A DNA stretch of 64,000 nucleotides. Source: a virus. Its lineage: Duplodnaviria; Caudoviricetes. How positions within the stretch are numbered: position 1 is the first letter of the stretch; each line of letters begins with the position of its first letter. Under the pieces are notes generated by a model. That model did no database searches and had not been told where the DNA came from. It worked only from the letters and a program-made list of their open reading frames with translations. Shown piece after piece: positions 11,972-24,120 of the stretch. A program made the translations under genes and the position numbers. The stretch lies in the IMG/VR virus record IMGVR_UViG_3300046170_000302; one strand, given 5' to 3'.

Positions 11972-13510
11972 ATGGCTGAATTATATACAGATCAAATGTC
12001 CAGTGGTGTTTCTGGTATCAGTACAACTGCTAGAAATACTGTTGAGCAGGCAAAATTGAAGATTACTTTAAGTGATAATGAAAAGATTCCATACGATGAA
12101 GCTATCAAGAATGTAGATAGGAACCTGCAAAATATTATTGTTGAAACAAACAATACTCTTGAGAAAGTAAGAGATGAATATCAGAAGAGGATTGATGTTC
12201 AGAATTGTAGAAGTGATCTCTTCTGGAGAGTAACTGGTATCAATACTGCTGCAGTTACTAGTGGTCCTGGAGCAGGTGGTATCAGAAATGATGTTATTTG
12301 TACCTGTACTAAACTATCTCCAACTTATCCTAAACTTGAAAATACTGGCACTGGAACTTCCGCTATTGGATTCTCTACAGGGTCAATGATGTGGTATACA
12401 GGACCAGTTGGTGGTGGAGGTACTGGTCCAGGAATTACTACAGTTGCTATGGGTGGTGATGAAACACTAGTCAGTGCTGGTTCTGCATTTGATACTTATC
12501 TACAACCCGACAACCTCCATGGTCTTCTATTGTATAATGAGCCATATGTTAGAGATATCGGTGATTTATTCGTAGCTACTGGTATTGGAACTATTTCTGC
12601 AGGGTTTAATACAATCACATTATTAACACCTAATCTTAATCTTGGAATTAAACCTGGCATGGTTGTAACACCAAGCAGATTTGGTATTTTTGCAGAAGCT
12701 GGTAATGTTGTTGTTGGTGTCAGCTCTACTACCATGGATCTTAGTCCTTATAGTGATGTTCTCAATATAGGATCCGCATCAACAGTTTCTGTTCCATTAA
12801 TCACACTACAAGATCCGTCTGTTTCTGCTGTAACTGCACCAGGCAGTGATGGTAAGTATACATATTTTGATTTTAGTAAAGATCCAAACTTAATTAGTGA
12901 CGAAGTGGCAGTTGAAATAACTGATAATGCTTATGTTCCTCAGGTGATCAGTTTAATTTCTTCTAGTAATAATTTTGGCAAAGGTGTTGAAATTGAGTAT
13001 ATCAATAATGGAGCAAGTTCATCTCCTCAAGAGTGGAACAAGTTTATGGAGGGTGTAACAGATCCTGATCTATTGCCTGATGAAGATGTAAAAATTACTA
13101 AACCAGTAGTTGGTGCTGATAAGATCTATTATGCAGTTGGATTTGATCAGAAACCAATTCTACTTGGTGGTGGTAATGCATCAGAAGGTGATGTAAGAAC
13201 ATTTCAAGGAACAACTGGATTTGCTCAACAAGCATACGCATCTCTATCAGGTTGTAATGATAGTGATCTGAATGCCGCTATTAGTGCTAGAGATGATGCA
13301 GAAGCTGCATTATTAGGTAGTAACTCATTTCCTGAGAAAATATCATTAGTTAATTCCATCAGGTCAAAGAGAAATGACATCTATATTACAATCTGGGCAT
13401 ATAGAACACATATTGGTAACTCAGAAAATGAATTCACTGCAAACAATAGTTTTATGAACGAAATTAATAGCTCCCCATATAAAAATTTGATAAACACAGG
13501 GACCGAATAG
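11972..13510 (+). CDS. Virion structural protein, function unknown
   Basis: 512 aa, Gly/Ser/Thr-rich with coiled-coil-like ends; behind a late promoter. Confidence 0.55.
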   Translation: MAELYTDQMSSGVSGISTTARNTVEQAKLKITLSDNEKIPYDEAIKNVDRNLQNIIVETNNTLEKVRDEYQKRIDVQNCRSDLFWRVTGINTAAVTSGPGAGGIRNDVICTCTKLSPTYPKLENTGTGTSAIGFSTGSMMWYTGPVGGGGTGPGITTVAMGGDETLVSAGSAFDTYLQPDNLHGLLLYNEPYVRDIGDLFVATGIGTISAGFNTITLLTPNLNLGIKPGMVVTPSRFGIFAEAGNVVVGVSSTTMDLSPYSDVLNIGSASTVSVPLITLQDPSVSAVTAPGSDGKYTYFDFSKDPNLISDEVAVEITDNAYVPQVISLISSSNNFGKGVEIEYINNGASSSPQEWNKFMEGVTDPDLLPDEDVKITKPVVGADKIYYAVGFDQKPILLGGGNASEGDVRTFQGTTGFAQQAYASLSGCNDSDLNAAISARDDAEAALLGSNSFPEKISLVNSIRSKRNDIYITIWAYRTHIGNSENEFTANNSFMNEINSSPYKNLINTGTE

Positions 13511-13556
13511 GAAACTGTCACAAGACCCTTCCACAGGGGGTCGAGTGTGTTATAAT
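13501..13556 (+). promoter_or_regulatory. Host-type extended -10 promoter with upstream AAACTGTCACA motif
   Basis: TG-T-TATAAT at 13548-13556; AAACTGTCACA at 13512-13522. Confidence 0.6.
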
Positions 13557-13578
13557 ATACAGGTATCAAAAGAACTCT

Positions 13579-13830
13579 ATGACGGACTACAACCCAGAAG
13601 ATTTTGAACTCGAAAACGAAGACGATGAGTATCTAACAGATGTCATGGTGAACGTTGGTGCAAGAACCTTTGTCATGTTCTCTAATGAAGGAACAGAACG
13701 TAAGGTAGAGTGTGATACGGTTGATGAGTTTATGGAAGTCCTGGAGATGGTCAGGGCTCTTGTTGATGATGAGATTGTTAGATACATATCACCAGTAGTA
13801 TCAGAACCCACAGGGAAATTCGACTTTTAG
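13579..13830 (+). CDS. Small acidic hypothetical protein
   Basis: 83-aa ORF behind the promoter at 13551. Confidence 0.7.
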   Translation: MTDYNPEDFELENEDDEYLTDVMVNVGARTFVMFSNEGTERKVECDTVDEFMEVLEMVRALVDDEIVRYISPVVSEPTGKFDF

Positions 13831-13888
13831 TTTCAAAAAAGTCGAATAAAAAATCCCTGGTATTTTTTGACCCCTTTACTTTTTTTAA

Positions 13889-14068
13889 ATGAGAAAAGCA
13901 ACTAGAGAAGCCATGGAAAATCTTTTCATCGCAAGGTGGAATGTTCCTAAAGCTGCCAAACATTGTGGTTTGACAGTAAAAGAACTTAAGATCTGTTTCC
14001 ATAACTACGTCGAAACTCATGATGTGACATACATAGAGGAAACTAATACCCAGTTACATCTTTTCTAA
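13889..14068 (+). CDS. Small hypothetical protein (59 aa, not in ORF track)
   Basis: MRKATREAMENLFIARWNVPKAAKHCGLT...QLHLF*, translated by hand. Confidence 0.65.
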   Translation: MRKATREAMENLFIARWNVPKAAKHCGLTVKELKICFHNYVETHDVTYIEETNTQLHLF

Positions 14069-14233
14069 TGGTAGTAAATTTATGGTTTTCGAAAGGACTT
14101 AGAAATATGGAGATGGACACTTACCTCTAATGAAGACAGTTATCTTCAGGAGAGTGGTAGTCAGAGAGATTTGAGAGATGCTATGGACGATATTGCTAAC
14201 ACAATTGAATACCTTCTAAATAATGAAGTGTGA
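14068..14233 (+). CDS. Small hypothetical protein; one +1 frameshift at ~14094
   Basis: TAATG-coupled; MVVNLWFSK-DLEIWRWTLT...TIEYLLNNEV* after removing one G. Confidence 0.5.
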
Positions 14234-14258
14234 AGGAAGTGCCACTCTGTGGTAATCA

Positions 14259-14283
14259 AAACCACCTTATAGGTGGTTTCTTT
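14259..14283 (+). terminator. Probable intrinsic terminator
   Basis: AAACCACC-TTATA-GGTGGTTT hairpin followed by CTTT. Confidence 0.55.
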
Positions 14284-14290
14284 ATGCATA

Positions 14291-14297
14291 CTAAATA
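14291..14297 (+). promoter_or_regulatory. T4-type late promoter
   Basis: CTAAATA ~30 nt upstream of ATG 14327. Confidence 0.6.
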
Positions 14298-14326
14298 AGG
14301 TTAATAGAAGTAATTGTGCGAGTAAG

Positions 14327-17300
14327 ATGCCACTCAGTCGCTTAGATAATTTCCTAAAGAACGTTCGTGGTAACATTCTTTATGTAAACCCAAATGACCT
14401 GGATGCCACTGATAGTATTGAGAATCAGGGCAACTCGATGGGTCGCCCGTTCCTTACAATTCAGAGAGCACTTGTAGAAGCAGCTAGATTCTCATATCAG
14501 GTTGGATTAGACAATGATCGTTTTGCAAAGACGACGATCATGTTGTATCCTGCAGAACACGTTATTGATAACAGACCAGGATGGATTCCTGATGGCACAA
14601 ATAACTATCAGTTGAGGGATGGCACTACCTCTTCTGATTTTTCACCTTTTAACTCCACATCAAACTTTGATCTTACTACCACTGATAATGCACTTTACAA
14701 ACTGAACTCTATTCATGGTGGTGTCATTGTTCCCCGTGGTGTTTCGATTGTTGGACAAGATCTGAGAAAGACAAAGATTCGTCCTCTATATGTTCCCAAC
14801 CCTGAGAACGATAGTATTGAAAGAACTTCTCTATTCAGACTGACAGGTGGTTGTTACCTGTGGCAGTTCTCGATGTTTGATGCTGATCCAAATGGATTAG
14901 CATATAAGGACTATACAACTGCTCAGTTTGTTCCTAACTTCTCACACCACAAACTCACTTGTTTTGAGTATGCTGATGGTGCAAATGGTGTCAATATTGC
15001 TGATAACTTTGTAACCTACTCATCTGCCAGAACTGATCTGGATATGTATTATGAGAAGGTTGGTTTGGCCTATGGTTCTGCATCTGGTAGAGCAATCGAA
15101 CCTGATTATCCTTCAGGAACACTTGATATTCAAACCAAGGTTGATGAATTCCGTATTGTCGGACCAACTGGTGGTGAAGTTGGTATTACAAGTATCAAGG
15201 CTGGTGATGGTTCTACATCTACTGCTATTGTTACTGCAACAATGTCGTCTGGTGTTGCTGGTTTGGATGTAGATACTACATTCATTGTAAATGGTGTTGC
15301 AGATAGTGATTATAATGGTAGTTATTCTGTTCAGGAAGTTCTGACTAGTAATTCTGATGGTGAAACACTATCATTTCACTTACCAAATTCCTGATATTCC
15401 TGTCGATGCACTTCCTGCTGTGACTGGTGCGACTGTATCTCTCGATACTGATACAGTTACCTCTGCATCTCCATACATCTTCAATATCTCACTGAGATCA
15501 GTGTATGGTATGTGTGGTATGCACGCTGATGGATCAAAAGCCACTGGATTTAAATCCATGGTTGTTGCTCAATTCACTGGTGTATCTCTCCAGAAGGATG
15601 ACAATGCATTCCTGAAGTTCAACCAAAGCACAGGTGGATTTGATGATTCCACCACTGTAGATAACCTCCATAGTGATCCTAACGCTATCTACAAGCCTTC
15701 ATATTATAACTTCCATATGAAGACATCGAACAACTCTGTAACTCAGCAAGTTTCGATCTTCGCTATTGGTTTTGCACAACAGTTCATCAACGAATCTGGT
15801 GGTGATACCAGTATTACGAACTCCAACTCTAACTTTGGTCAGAACTCACTGATTTCGAAAGGATTTAGAGAAGAAGCATTTACAAGAGACGATGTTGGTT
15901 ATATTTCACACATTATTCCACCAAGGGAGAGTGTAACACAGAATGTCAATCTAGAATTTAATTCTATTGATGTAGCAAAGACTGTTGGTGTTGCATCCAC
16001 TGGTCATCTTTATCTGTATCAGGAGACAAACGAGTCTTCTATTCCTGAAACTGTTATTCAGGGATACAGAGTTGGAGCTAAGGTGAATGATAAGTTGAAT
16101 GTTATCATCTCACAAGGTGGAACTCCAACTAACTACTTTGCTCGTATCGTGATGCCTGATACAGACAAGAGTTCTGTAAAGGCATACAATATTGGTAGAA
16201 ATGTAGGAACAGGTAATAGTATTGCATCTTCTACTATCACCTTCACTGAGAATCATGGATTTATTAATGGTGAAAGTGTTAGAATTCTGAGTGATAATGC
16301 TAGACTACCTGATGGTCTGGACAACAATAGACTATATTTCGCTATTACTGATGGTGTTGCTGCTAACCAGATTCAACTGGCAACCACACTCAATGATTCT
16401 CTAGATGGTTCAGAAACCAGTTTCAACAACGCTGGTGGTAACCTGGTAATTGAATCGAGAGTTTCTGATAAGATCGCTGGTGATATTGGACACCCTGTTC
16501 AGTATGACAACACTCAGAATCAGTGGTTTGTTAATGTATCTACTACCACCACAGAGAATACCATCTATGGAACAGTAGCTTCTCTTGGTGTGGCTGGTCT
16601 TGGAGATGCAACACCAAGAACATTCATCACTAGAAAACCTGATACCAGAAAGAATAACGAGAAGATTTATACATTCAGATATGTAGTTCCTGCTGGTAGT
16701 GGTATTACCTCTGCTCGTGCTCCTAGAGTCAATTATGTTCTTCAGGAATCAAACAAAGTAACTGGTGACAGTAATGTTGAGGTTGCACTTCAGTATAACC
16801 CAAGTTTGGTCACCATGACCAACGAAACTGAGATGAGAAACTTCAGTTTCTTGAGAGAGGCTAATTGGTCTGGTGGTACTTCATACTTCACTTCTGAACA
16901 ACCACATGGTTTGATTGAAGGAACACAAATTAGAATCAAGAATGTCCAGTCTGGTAATAATACAACTGGTGTTCGCTAACTCAGCATTCAATAATAAATT
17001 CACAGTTTCTGGTATCTCAAGTGCTAACACCTTCTTTGTAAGTGGTCCTGTAGCTGATCCTGGTTCATTCCAGAACAATACATCACTGAGAACCACATCT
17101 CTACCTACATTCCAGAGAACACAATCCAAGGATACTTTCTTCATCTATGATGTTAATACTCTAAGAGAGTATGTGACTGGAGAACAAGATGGTATCTACT
17201 ACTTGACTGTTATTGATTCTTCTAACACTCCTGTTGTATCACCATTCAATGATAAGGAACAATTCTCATTCCCATCACCTATCAGAGATCTGTATCCACA

Positions 17301-20174
17301 GTATGATAGAGATAATCCTCAGTTTGATCCAAAGGGTTCTAAGACATATGCCAAACCAACTCCTCTTGGTGAAGTTGTAGTTGATGATCCTAGAAACAGT
17401 ATCACTAAAAAGACTATTGATACCTGCTTTACTTGACTTTGGTGTGGGTCTTGGTGTTACTGATATTATCTCCAACCCAACAGGAACAGCTCATACCATC
17501 TTCACTCAACATGATCATGGATTGAACAGAGCTGCTGTTGTTAGTGTTGCTAGTAGTGGTGCTGGATATGGTAATGGTACTGGATCTATTGAGAACCTTT
17601 ATAACGCAATCCTTGTTAATACAGGAAGTGCAAGAGGAGTAAGTGCTACAGGCAAGAATCACAGTAGATGGTTCTGGTAGTATCTCAGGTGTTGAGGTCA
17701 TGAACAGTGGTTCTGACTATCAAGTTGGAGATGTTCTGAATATAACTGGAACGGCTACAACCACAGGATTCTCACAAGCAACTGTAACTGTAACACAAAT
17801 CAGTAGTAATGTTGGTGATACAGTTCGTGTTGCTGGTATTCAATCTACTTCATATGAAGGATATAACTCACTCTATCGTATTACTGGTATTACTACCAAT
17901 AACGCCTTTGAAGCTTCATCCGTTGTAGCTATCAGTGGAGCTAGTGTAACTGGTGTTGGTGTAACACTTTCTACAAACGCGTTCACTCATGTAACTGGTA
18001 AGACACTGGATGTTTCATCTATTGTTTATGACAATGTAAGTGGATTTGCAACTGTTGTTACATCTCAAAATCATGGTTTGAGACCTAATAATAAGATTGT
18101 GTTTGGTGGAGCTGATACTGAACTGGCTAATGGAGACTTCTTGGTTACAGAGATTACTAATCTCACAACATTCACAGCAAATATTGGTATTAGTACTCTA
18201 TCACCAACTATTGGTGGAACTATCAAGGCATATCTTCCTGGATTGACTTCACAAGAAGGTCCAGCTGTCCTATATGGTGAGAACTTTGGTGGTAGAGTTC
18301 AGGATATCTACGCTGGTATTACAACTACACTTTCTTCAGCTGTTTCTTCTTCGTCTGATGATGAAGTTGAAATCCTCAATATTGAAAATCTAGATATCAA
18401 CATTGGTGATTATCTGAGAATTGATGATGAGGTTCTTAGAGTTAAGAGAACTGTAACTGGAAACCCAGTTCGTGTATTCAGAGGATTGTTTGGAACAAGA
18501 GCTTCTATACATGACGCTGGTTCTGTTGTAAGAAGAATTAAAGTCAATAGTGCTGAGTTTAGAAGACCTTCTATTGTTAGAGCTTCTGGTCACACCTTTG
18601 AGTATCAAGGTTATGGACCTGGTAACTACTCAACTGCACTTCCTGACAGACAGGATACTTCACCTACACTAACAGAACAGACACTATCCCAGTCCTTCAG
18701 GTCTGATGGTGGTCTCAGTGTTTACACTGGTATGAATGATAAGGGTGACTACTTTGTTGGTAACAGAAGACTTTCTTCTACTACTGGTAAGGCTGACATC
18801 TATAATACACCTGTACCAACGGTTACCTGGTGAGGATGTTGCATCTGTAGATAGAGATGTAAGTGTTGATATTGTTGAGACATCAGCAGCTGACATCACT
18901 GGTTCTATCAAGGTTAGTGGTGGTATCAATAATAACTTTGTATCAGAGTTTGATGGTCCTGTTGTACTGAATAAGAAGGTAACTTCTACTTCTGAAGATG
19001 GTTTGGAAGCTGTAAGTCTCTTCCTTCAGGGTGATGCCACTGTTTCTAGAAAATATACAGTTGGTATTTCTACTCCAGTGAACGCTGGAAACCCTGGTGA
19101 TGTAGTTTATAACGCTAATCCCAGCACCTGGTGGTATTCTTGGTTGGAGTTATACCACTGATAATAATTGGAGTACCTTTCGGTGCTGTATCACTTGACC
19201 AGTATGGTCAGAGTGTTCTGTTTGATAAGGTTGGTATTGCAACTGGTGCACTCGGTGAGAGCACCGTATTGGTTGGTTCTGGTTCTACACAGGTATCCAT
19301 TGATGGAACAGGTGGTGTAGGTATTGGAACCACAGCTAATGGGTTCAAACTTCATGTCTTTGGTGGAAACATCAGAGGTACATTTGAGGGTGATGGTTCA
19401 CAACTTTCTAACCTTGATAGTATCTGGACTAACAACTCCACCAATGAGTGGGCATATACCAAGGACAATCCTGACCTGAAGGTTGGTATTGGAACATCAC
19501 TGGGTGTTACTTCACAACTAAGGATCGCAGGTACGGCTACTACTTCACTGTGGGTCGCCAATGAATCACGATTTGATGGTAAAGTATACTTCAACCAAGA
19601 TGTTGTAATTGGTTCTGGTGTCACACTATCTGTTGGTGATATTGAAACAACTGGTGGTTCATTGAATGTTGGTCTGATGACCGCAACTCAACTACATGTT
19701 GGAACTGGTGGCACGATTCTTTCTACCCCCGCGAATGGTGAGTTTGTTGGTGTCGGTATTGGAACTACGGCACCAAGAGCATCACTTGATGTTGAAGGTA
19801 CGGCTAGACTTAAGTCTTATTATGAGATAGCAAAAACTGTTACGAGTGATTCTGGTGTTGTAACTCTGAATCTTTCAGAGGCTCAATCATTCCTTCTCAC
19901 TACTTCTGAAAACATCACTTCCTTCACTCTCACAGGTGCGGCAGCTGATTCCACTACAGCATTCACACTGAAGATTCTTCAAGGTGGAACAGCTCGTGGA
20001 GTTGGTATAGATACATTCAGAACAAGTGGTGGTTCACCGATTCCGGTATATTGGCCGGGTGGTTCAGTTCCTGTAGTTACACCAACAGCAGCTAAAACTG
20101 ATATCTACTCCTTTATGACTTTTGATGGTGGAACTTCTCTGTTCGGTGTTGTTGGAGGTCAGAACTTCTCATGA
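14327..20174 (+). CDS. Giant (~1950 aa) tail fibre-like virion protein, split into 7 ORF-track pieces by +1 frameshifts
   Basis: Starts MPLSRLDNFLKN. Extra bases at ~15375, 16973, 17425, 17651, 18828, 19127 and 19170 join the pieces seamlessly. VGIGT fibre motifs; ends in the socket-type domain (...WPGG...DIYSF...QNFS). Confidence 0.75.
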
Positions 20175-22548
20175 GTGCAGTAGGATTTCACTTATATCGT
20201 TCAATACCGACACAGTTGGACCTTAATGGTCCACTGTTGTCATTTACACAACAACCAGAATCTGTGAGCACTGATGGGTCATCAGTGACTCTAACTGGTA
20301 TTGCAACAGTATCATTTGCCAGCACAAATCCAACTAACAGTGGAACACTTAAGTATCAATGGTATGAGATTGGTGTTGGTCCTGTCAGTGATGGTAATGG
20401 AGTAACAGGATCTGCCACAACTACACTATCCTTACAGAGTTTGGTATCACCTACTGATAGTGGTAGAGACTTCTACCTTGAAGCTTCATATGAACCATCA
20501 ACAGAGACTGGTTCTGGTATTAATGAACCATTCAACTCAAATACTGTAACAGTAACAATTTTCCCATTCATTGAGATTATTGCTCAACCATCTAATAGCA
20601 CTACAATTCCAAATAGAAATACAACATTCAACATTGATGCAAGTCTTTCTGACGCAACATTTGCAGAATCTCTTACTTATCAATGGACTTTAAATGGAAA
20701 TGATGCTGTAGATGGAACAACAACACAAGAAATTCCTGTCACAAGATTTGAAGAAACATTTTCTTCAGATACCACAGTCACACTTCCTAGTGATGCATTA
20801 GATATTGAGATTGAAGTTGCTGGTGGATCTGGTGGCGGTGGTGGTGGTGATGCAGGAGGTTCCCTGGTGGTGGAGGCAGGTGGTAGATATGGTAAGTTTT
20901 CATATAATGGTGCAGGAACCACACTAGATTTGAAAGTTGGTAGATCTGGTAATGGTGGCACTAGTGGAAATGCAGGTGCCTATGGTACTGGTGGTGCTAG
21001 TGGAGTTGCGTGGCTGGTGGTAGAGGTGGTGGTGCTGGACCTGGTGGTTGGTCTGGTGGTGGAGGCGGAGGCGGTGGTGCCTCTGGTGTTTATGATAGAA
21101 ATAGTGGTTCATATACTATCGTGTCTGGCGGCGGTGGAGGAGGCGGTGGTGCCTCACATAATGCATCAGCATCTGGTGGCGGATCTGGTAGTAGTTTTGT
21201 CCCTGTTGGTGGTTCATTTTCTGTCTCTGGTGGTTCTCAAGGACAAACTGCAGGTGGTGATGGCGGCGGTGGAGGAGGCGGAGGCGGTGGCGCCCCTGGT
21301 TCCGGCGGTGGTGGTTCAGGTCAAGATAACTCCCGTGGTGGCAGCGGAGGATCTGGTGGAGGTTCCAAGTTTGACAACACTAGAGCTACTACACTATTAG
21401 ATCAAAGAATTCTAGTGGTAATGGTTTCATTAAAATCAAGTATGATGTTCCCTGCTGGTAGTAGTTCCACAGGTATTGTAAAAATCATCAATACTACATT
21501 GAGTGGTTCACAAACCGAATCACTTACTGCAAGTTCTGATACTGTCGGTATTCAAACAATAACTTGCAAGTTAACTCACCCAACCGCAACTAACTCACCA
21601 CTTGAAAGTGATGTAGCATTGTTCTCTGCTATCTCTAATGCAGATTCATTCCCAATTATTGTTGAGGCTATTGGTGGGTTGACAGAAGCTAGTATCTCAT
21701 CTATTGATTTGTTTAATGGTGATTTTGAAATTGATACTACAGGCAGTGGTGATATTAGTGGTGGAGAGTATACAAACTACTACAGTATCTACTCCCCAGA
21801 TAAAGATATTGAGGTAGAGGTTGATTTATATGGTGGTAAGGGTGCTAATTCCGGTTCCTTTGTTGGTGGTGAAGGTGGATTCTCAAGAATCAGATTTACA
21901 ATGGAACAGAATGTTGAGTATATACTGACTGGATTGAATACACTTATTGATGCTCCATTCCTGTATCGTAAAGGTTCACTGATTGCCTGTGTGGGACAAG
22001 GTGGTTCCGCAGGTAGTAGTGGAAATGGTGGATTTGGTGGAGGTATTGGTGTATCTGGTGATGAAGGTTATGGTAGAAGAGGTGGAAATGGTGGTGAATC
22101 TGTTTCTGCTGGTACTCTTTCTAATATTGGTATCTTTGGTTCACTCTTTACCACTGCAGTACCAGTCGCACCAGATACAACAGCAACGAACCCTGATGGT
22201 GGTAGAACACTACCCTGTCCTTATGGTGTCTATTGGAGAAACCAAGGCGTATCAGCCTGTTCTGATGTAGGAACTACACAGTTTAGATTGTCTGATGGCA
22301 CTATCGTAACCAATACAGCAAATATCACTAGAGGATATAAGGCTGGTTATAGTATTATTGAAACTGCTGGTCTAGGTAATGTAAATGGTGGAAACGGTGG
22401 CAATGGAGCCACAGGTGGACAAGGTGGAGTTGGTGGAGATGGAGGCGGTGGTGCTTCTGGATACACGAATGGTAGTGTTACAGTTGTATCATCTATTCTT
22501 GGTGGTAGTAATGGAGTTGCTAAGGCAATATTCAGAGTAGTTTTATAG
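20171..22548 (+). CDS. Fibre tip protein with Ig-like repeats and Gly-rich segments; frameshifted near 21010
   Basis: ATGA-coupled to the giant fibre; two FTQQPES/IIAQPSN...YQW Ig-like units, then GGGGG-rich blocks. Confidence 0.65.
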
Positions 22549-22556
22549 TATAAATA
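22549..22556 (+). promoter_or_regulatory. T4 late promoter (perfect)
   Basis: TATAAATA upstream of ATG 22594. Confidence 0.8.
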
Positions 22557-22593
22557 AGTATAAGGTGGATAGTGAAACCTTTATAGGAGAAAA

Positions 22594-23559
22594 ATGGCTG
22601 TCAACAAGAATTTTGTAGTCAAAAATGGGATTGAAGTTGCAGAGGATTTAATCTTTGCAAATTCAGACCTAGGTAAAGTCGGTATTGGTTCCACTATCCC
22701 AACCACTACCCTTGACGTTAAAGGTCAGGGTATTGCAGCTGAAGATGGTCTGTTTACTGGAATTGTAACCGCAATATCTGAACTCAATGTGGGTTCAGGT
22801 GGAACAGTTATTACTGCATTGTCATCAGGTCTAATTGGACTTGGTACTGCATCTCCTCAATATAATGTACATATTGTAAGACCAAGCCCTGAGGCATCAG
22901 GTGAGATTTCAACCTCACTTTATGTGTCAGGTGATGTTACTGTAACTGGTCGTGTTCAATCAAACGCGATTACAAATAGTTCAGAAGTAACGACTGCTAA
23001 CTTAAATGTTACTGGTATTGCTACTGTCAGCAGTCTTGAGGCATCACAGAAGGAAATCTTCACTCAGTTTGATGTAGTTAATAGTGGTAGTGGAGCCTAT
23101 CAGTTCAATGCAACTGGTATTGGTTTTACACAGAACACTAATAATCCCACTCTTTATCTAACAAGAGGTGAGAATTATCGTTTCTCTGTAAATGCATCTG
23201 GTCATCCATTTTATATTAAAACATTAAATTCAACTGGAACTGGTAATGCTTATAATGATGGTGTTGCCAATAATGGTGCAGCAGTTGGAATTGTAACCTT
23301 TAAGGTTCCATATAATGCACCTGATATCTTACATTATAATTGCTCTATCCATTCTTCAATGCACGGAGAAATTCGTGTTGGAGGGTCAGGTGCTGGCGTA
23401 GGTGTTGGTTCTGAAGGAACTTTCATTGGTGCTGGTGTTACGATGATTGATTTTAAATCATCAAATGGATTAAACACCGTTGATATTTCATCAGGAATTG
23501 CATCAGTCACCGTAACAACCGGTGCATCTATTGGTCTTGTAATCGCTCTTGGCGGTTAA
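22594..23559 (+). CDS. Fibre stub protein with cupredoxin-like domain
   Basis: VGIGSTIPTTTLDV fibre motifs; GHPF...YNCSIHSSM; C-terminus GASIGLVIALGG. Confidence 0.65.
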   Translation: MAVNKNFVVKNGIEVAEDLIFANSDLGKVGIGSTIPTTTLDVKGQGIAAEDGLFTGIVTAISELNVGSGGTVITALSSGLIGLGTASPQYNVHIVRPSPEASGEISTSLYVSGDVTVTGRVQSNAITNSSEVTTANLNVTGIATVSSLEASQKEIFTQFDVVNSGSGAYQFNATGIGFTQNTNNPTLYLTRGENYRFSVNASGHPFYIKTLNSTGTGNAYNDGVANNGAAVGIVTFKVPYNAPDILHYNCSIHSSMHGEIRVGGSGAGVGVGSEGTFIGAGVTMIDFKSSNGLNTVDISSGIASVTVTTGASIGLVIALGG

Positions 23560-23586
23560 TAAATATAACTAACACCCCGTAAAACA

Positions 23587-24120
23587 ATGGCAGAATTATT
23601 TGTAAATGCGTTAGCTAAATCGGCAGGTATTGTTACGACCAGTTCCAATGGTACTATTGGAGCTAATGCTATCACAATCACCGGTATCTCAACTGTAGGA
23701 GTAAGTGTCGGTTATCTTGTTGATACCCAACACTTCAGAGGTGGCGCAAAAGTAAAAGCTCTTGGAGCAAGTCAAGTCACTGTAGATAAAACATCTACAA
23801 ATACTGCTTCTGCCGCTAATCAGAACGTTAAGTTCCTAGGACCAACAACCTCATACGCATCACCATCTTCAACTAAGAGTATTTTGATTGGTGGTACATT
23901 CTCAAACCTCACAAATAACAATGTGAATATTACAGTTGAGGTTGTGACTGGTGTAACATCTACAACTATTGCAAATAACATCCCTGTTCCTAGTGGAAGT
24001 TCTTTTGTTATTAGTGATGCTGGTAAGACAGTATTGGCTGGAGGAGATATAGTGAATATCTATTGTGATACAGAAAATGCTATTGATGTAACACTAGGTG
24101 TTCTTCAGGGGGTTAGCTAA
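23587..24120 (+). CDS. Small fibre adaptor-like protein (class 1)
   Basis: 177 aa; C-terminal half resembles 40835..41236. Confidence 0.5.
   Translation: MAELFVNALAKSAGIVTTSSNGTIGANAITITGISTVGVSVGYLVDTQHFRGGAKVKALGASQVTVDKTSTNTASAANQNVKFLGPTTSYASPSSTKSILIGGTFSNLTNNNVNITVEVVTGVTSTTIANNIPVPSGSSFVISDAGKTVLAGGDIVNIYCDTENAIDVTLGVLQGVS

Noticed and set aside
14327-20174. Programmed ribosomal frameshifting, or seven separate genes
   Set aside because: No shared slippery sites; the same +1 pattern affects unrelated genes throughout the window; pieces lack their own starts and fuse seamlessly.
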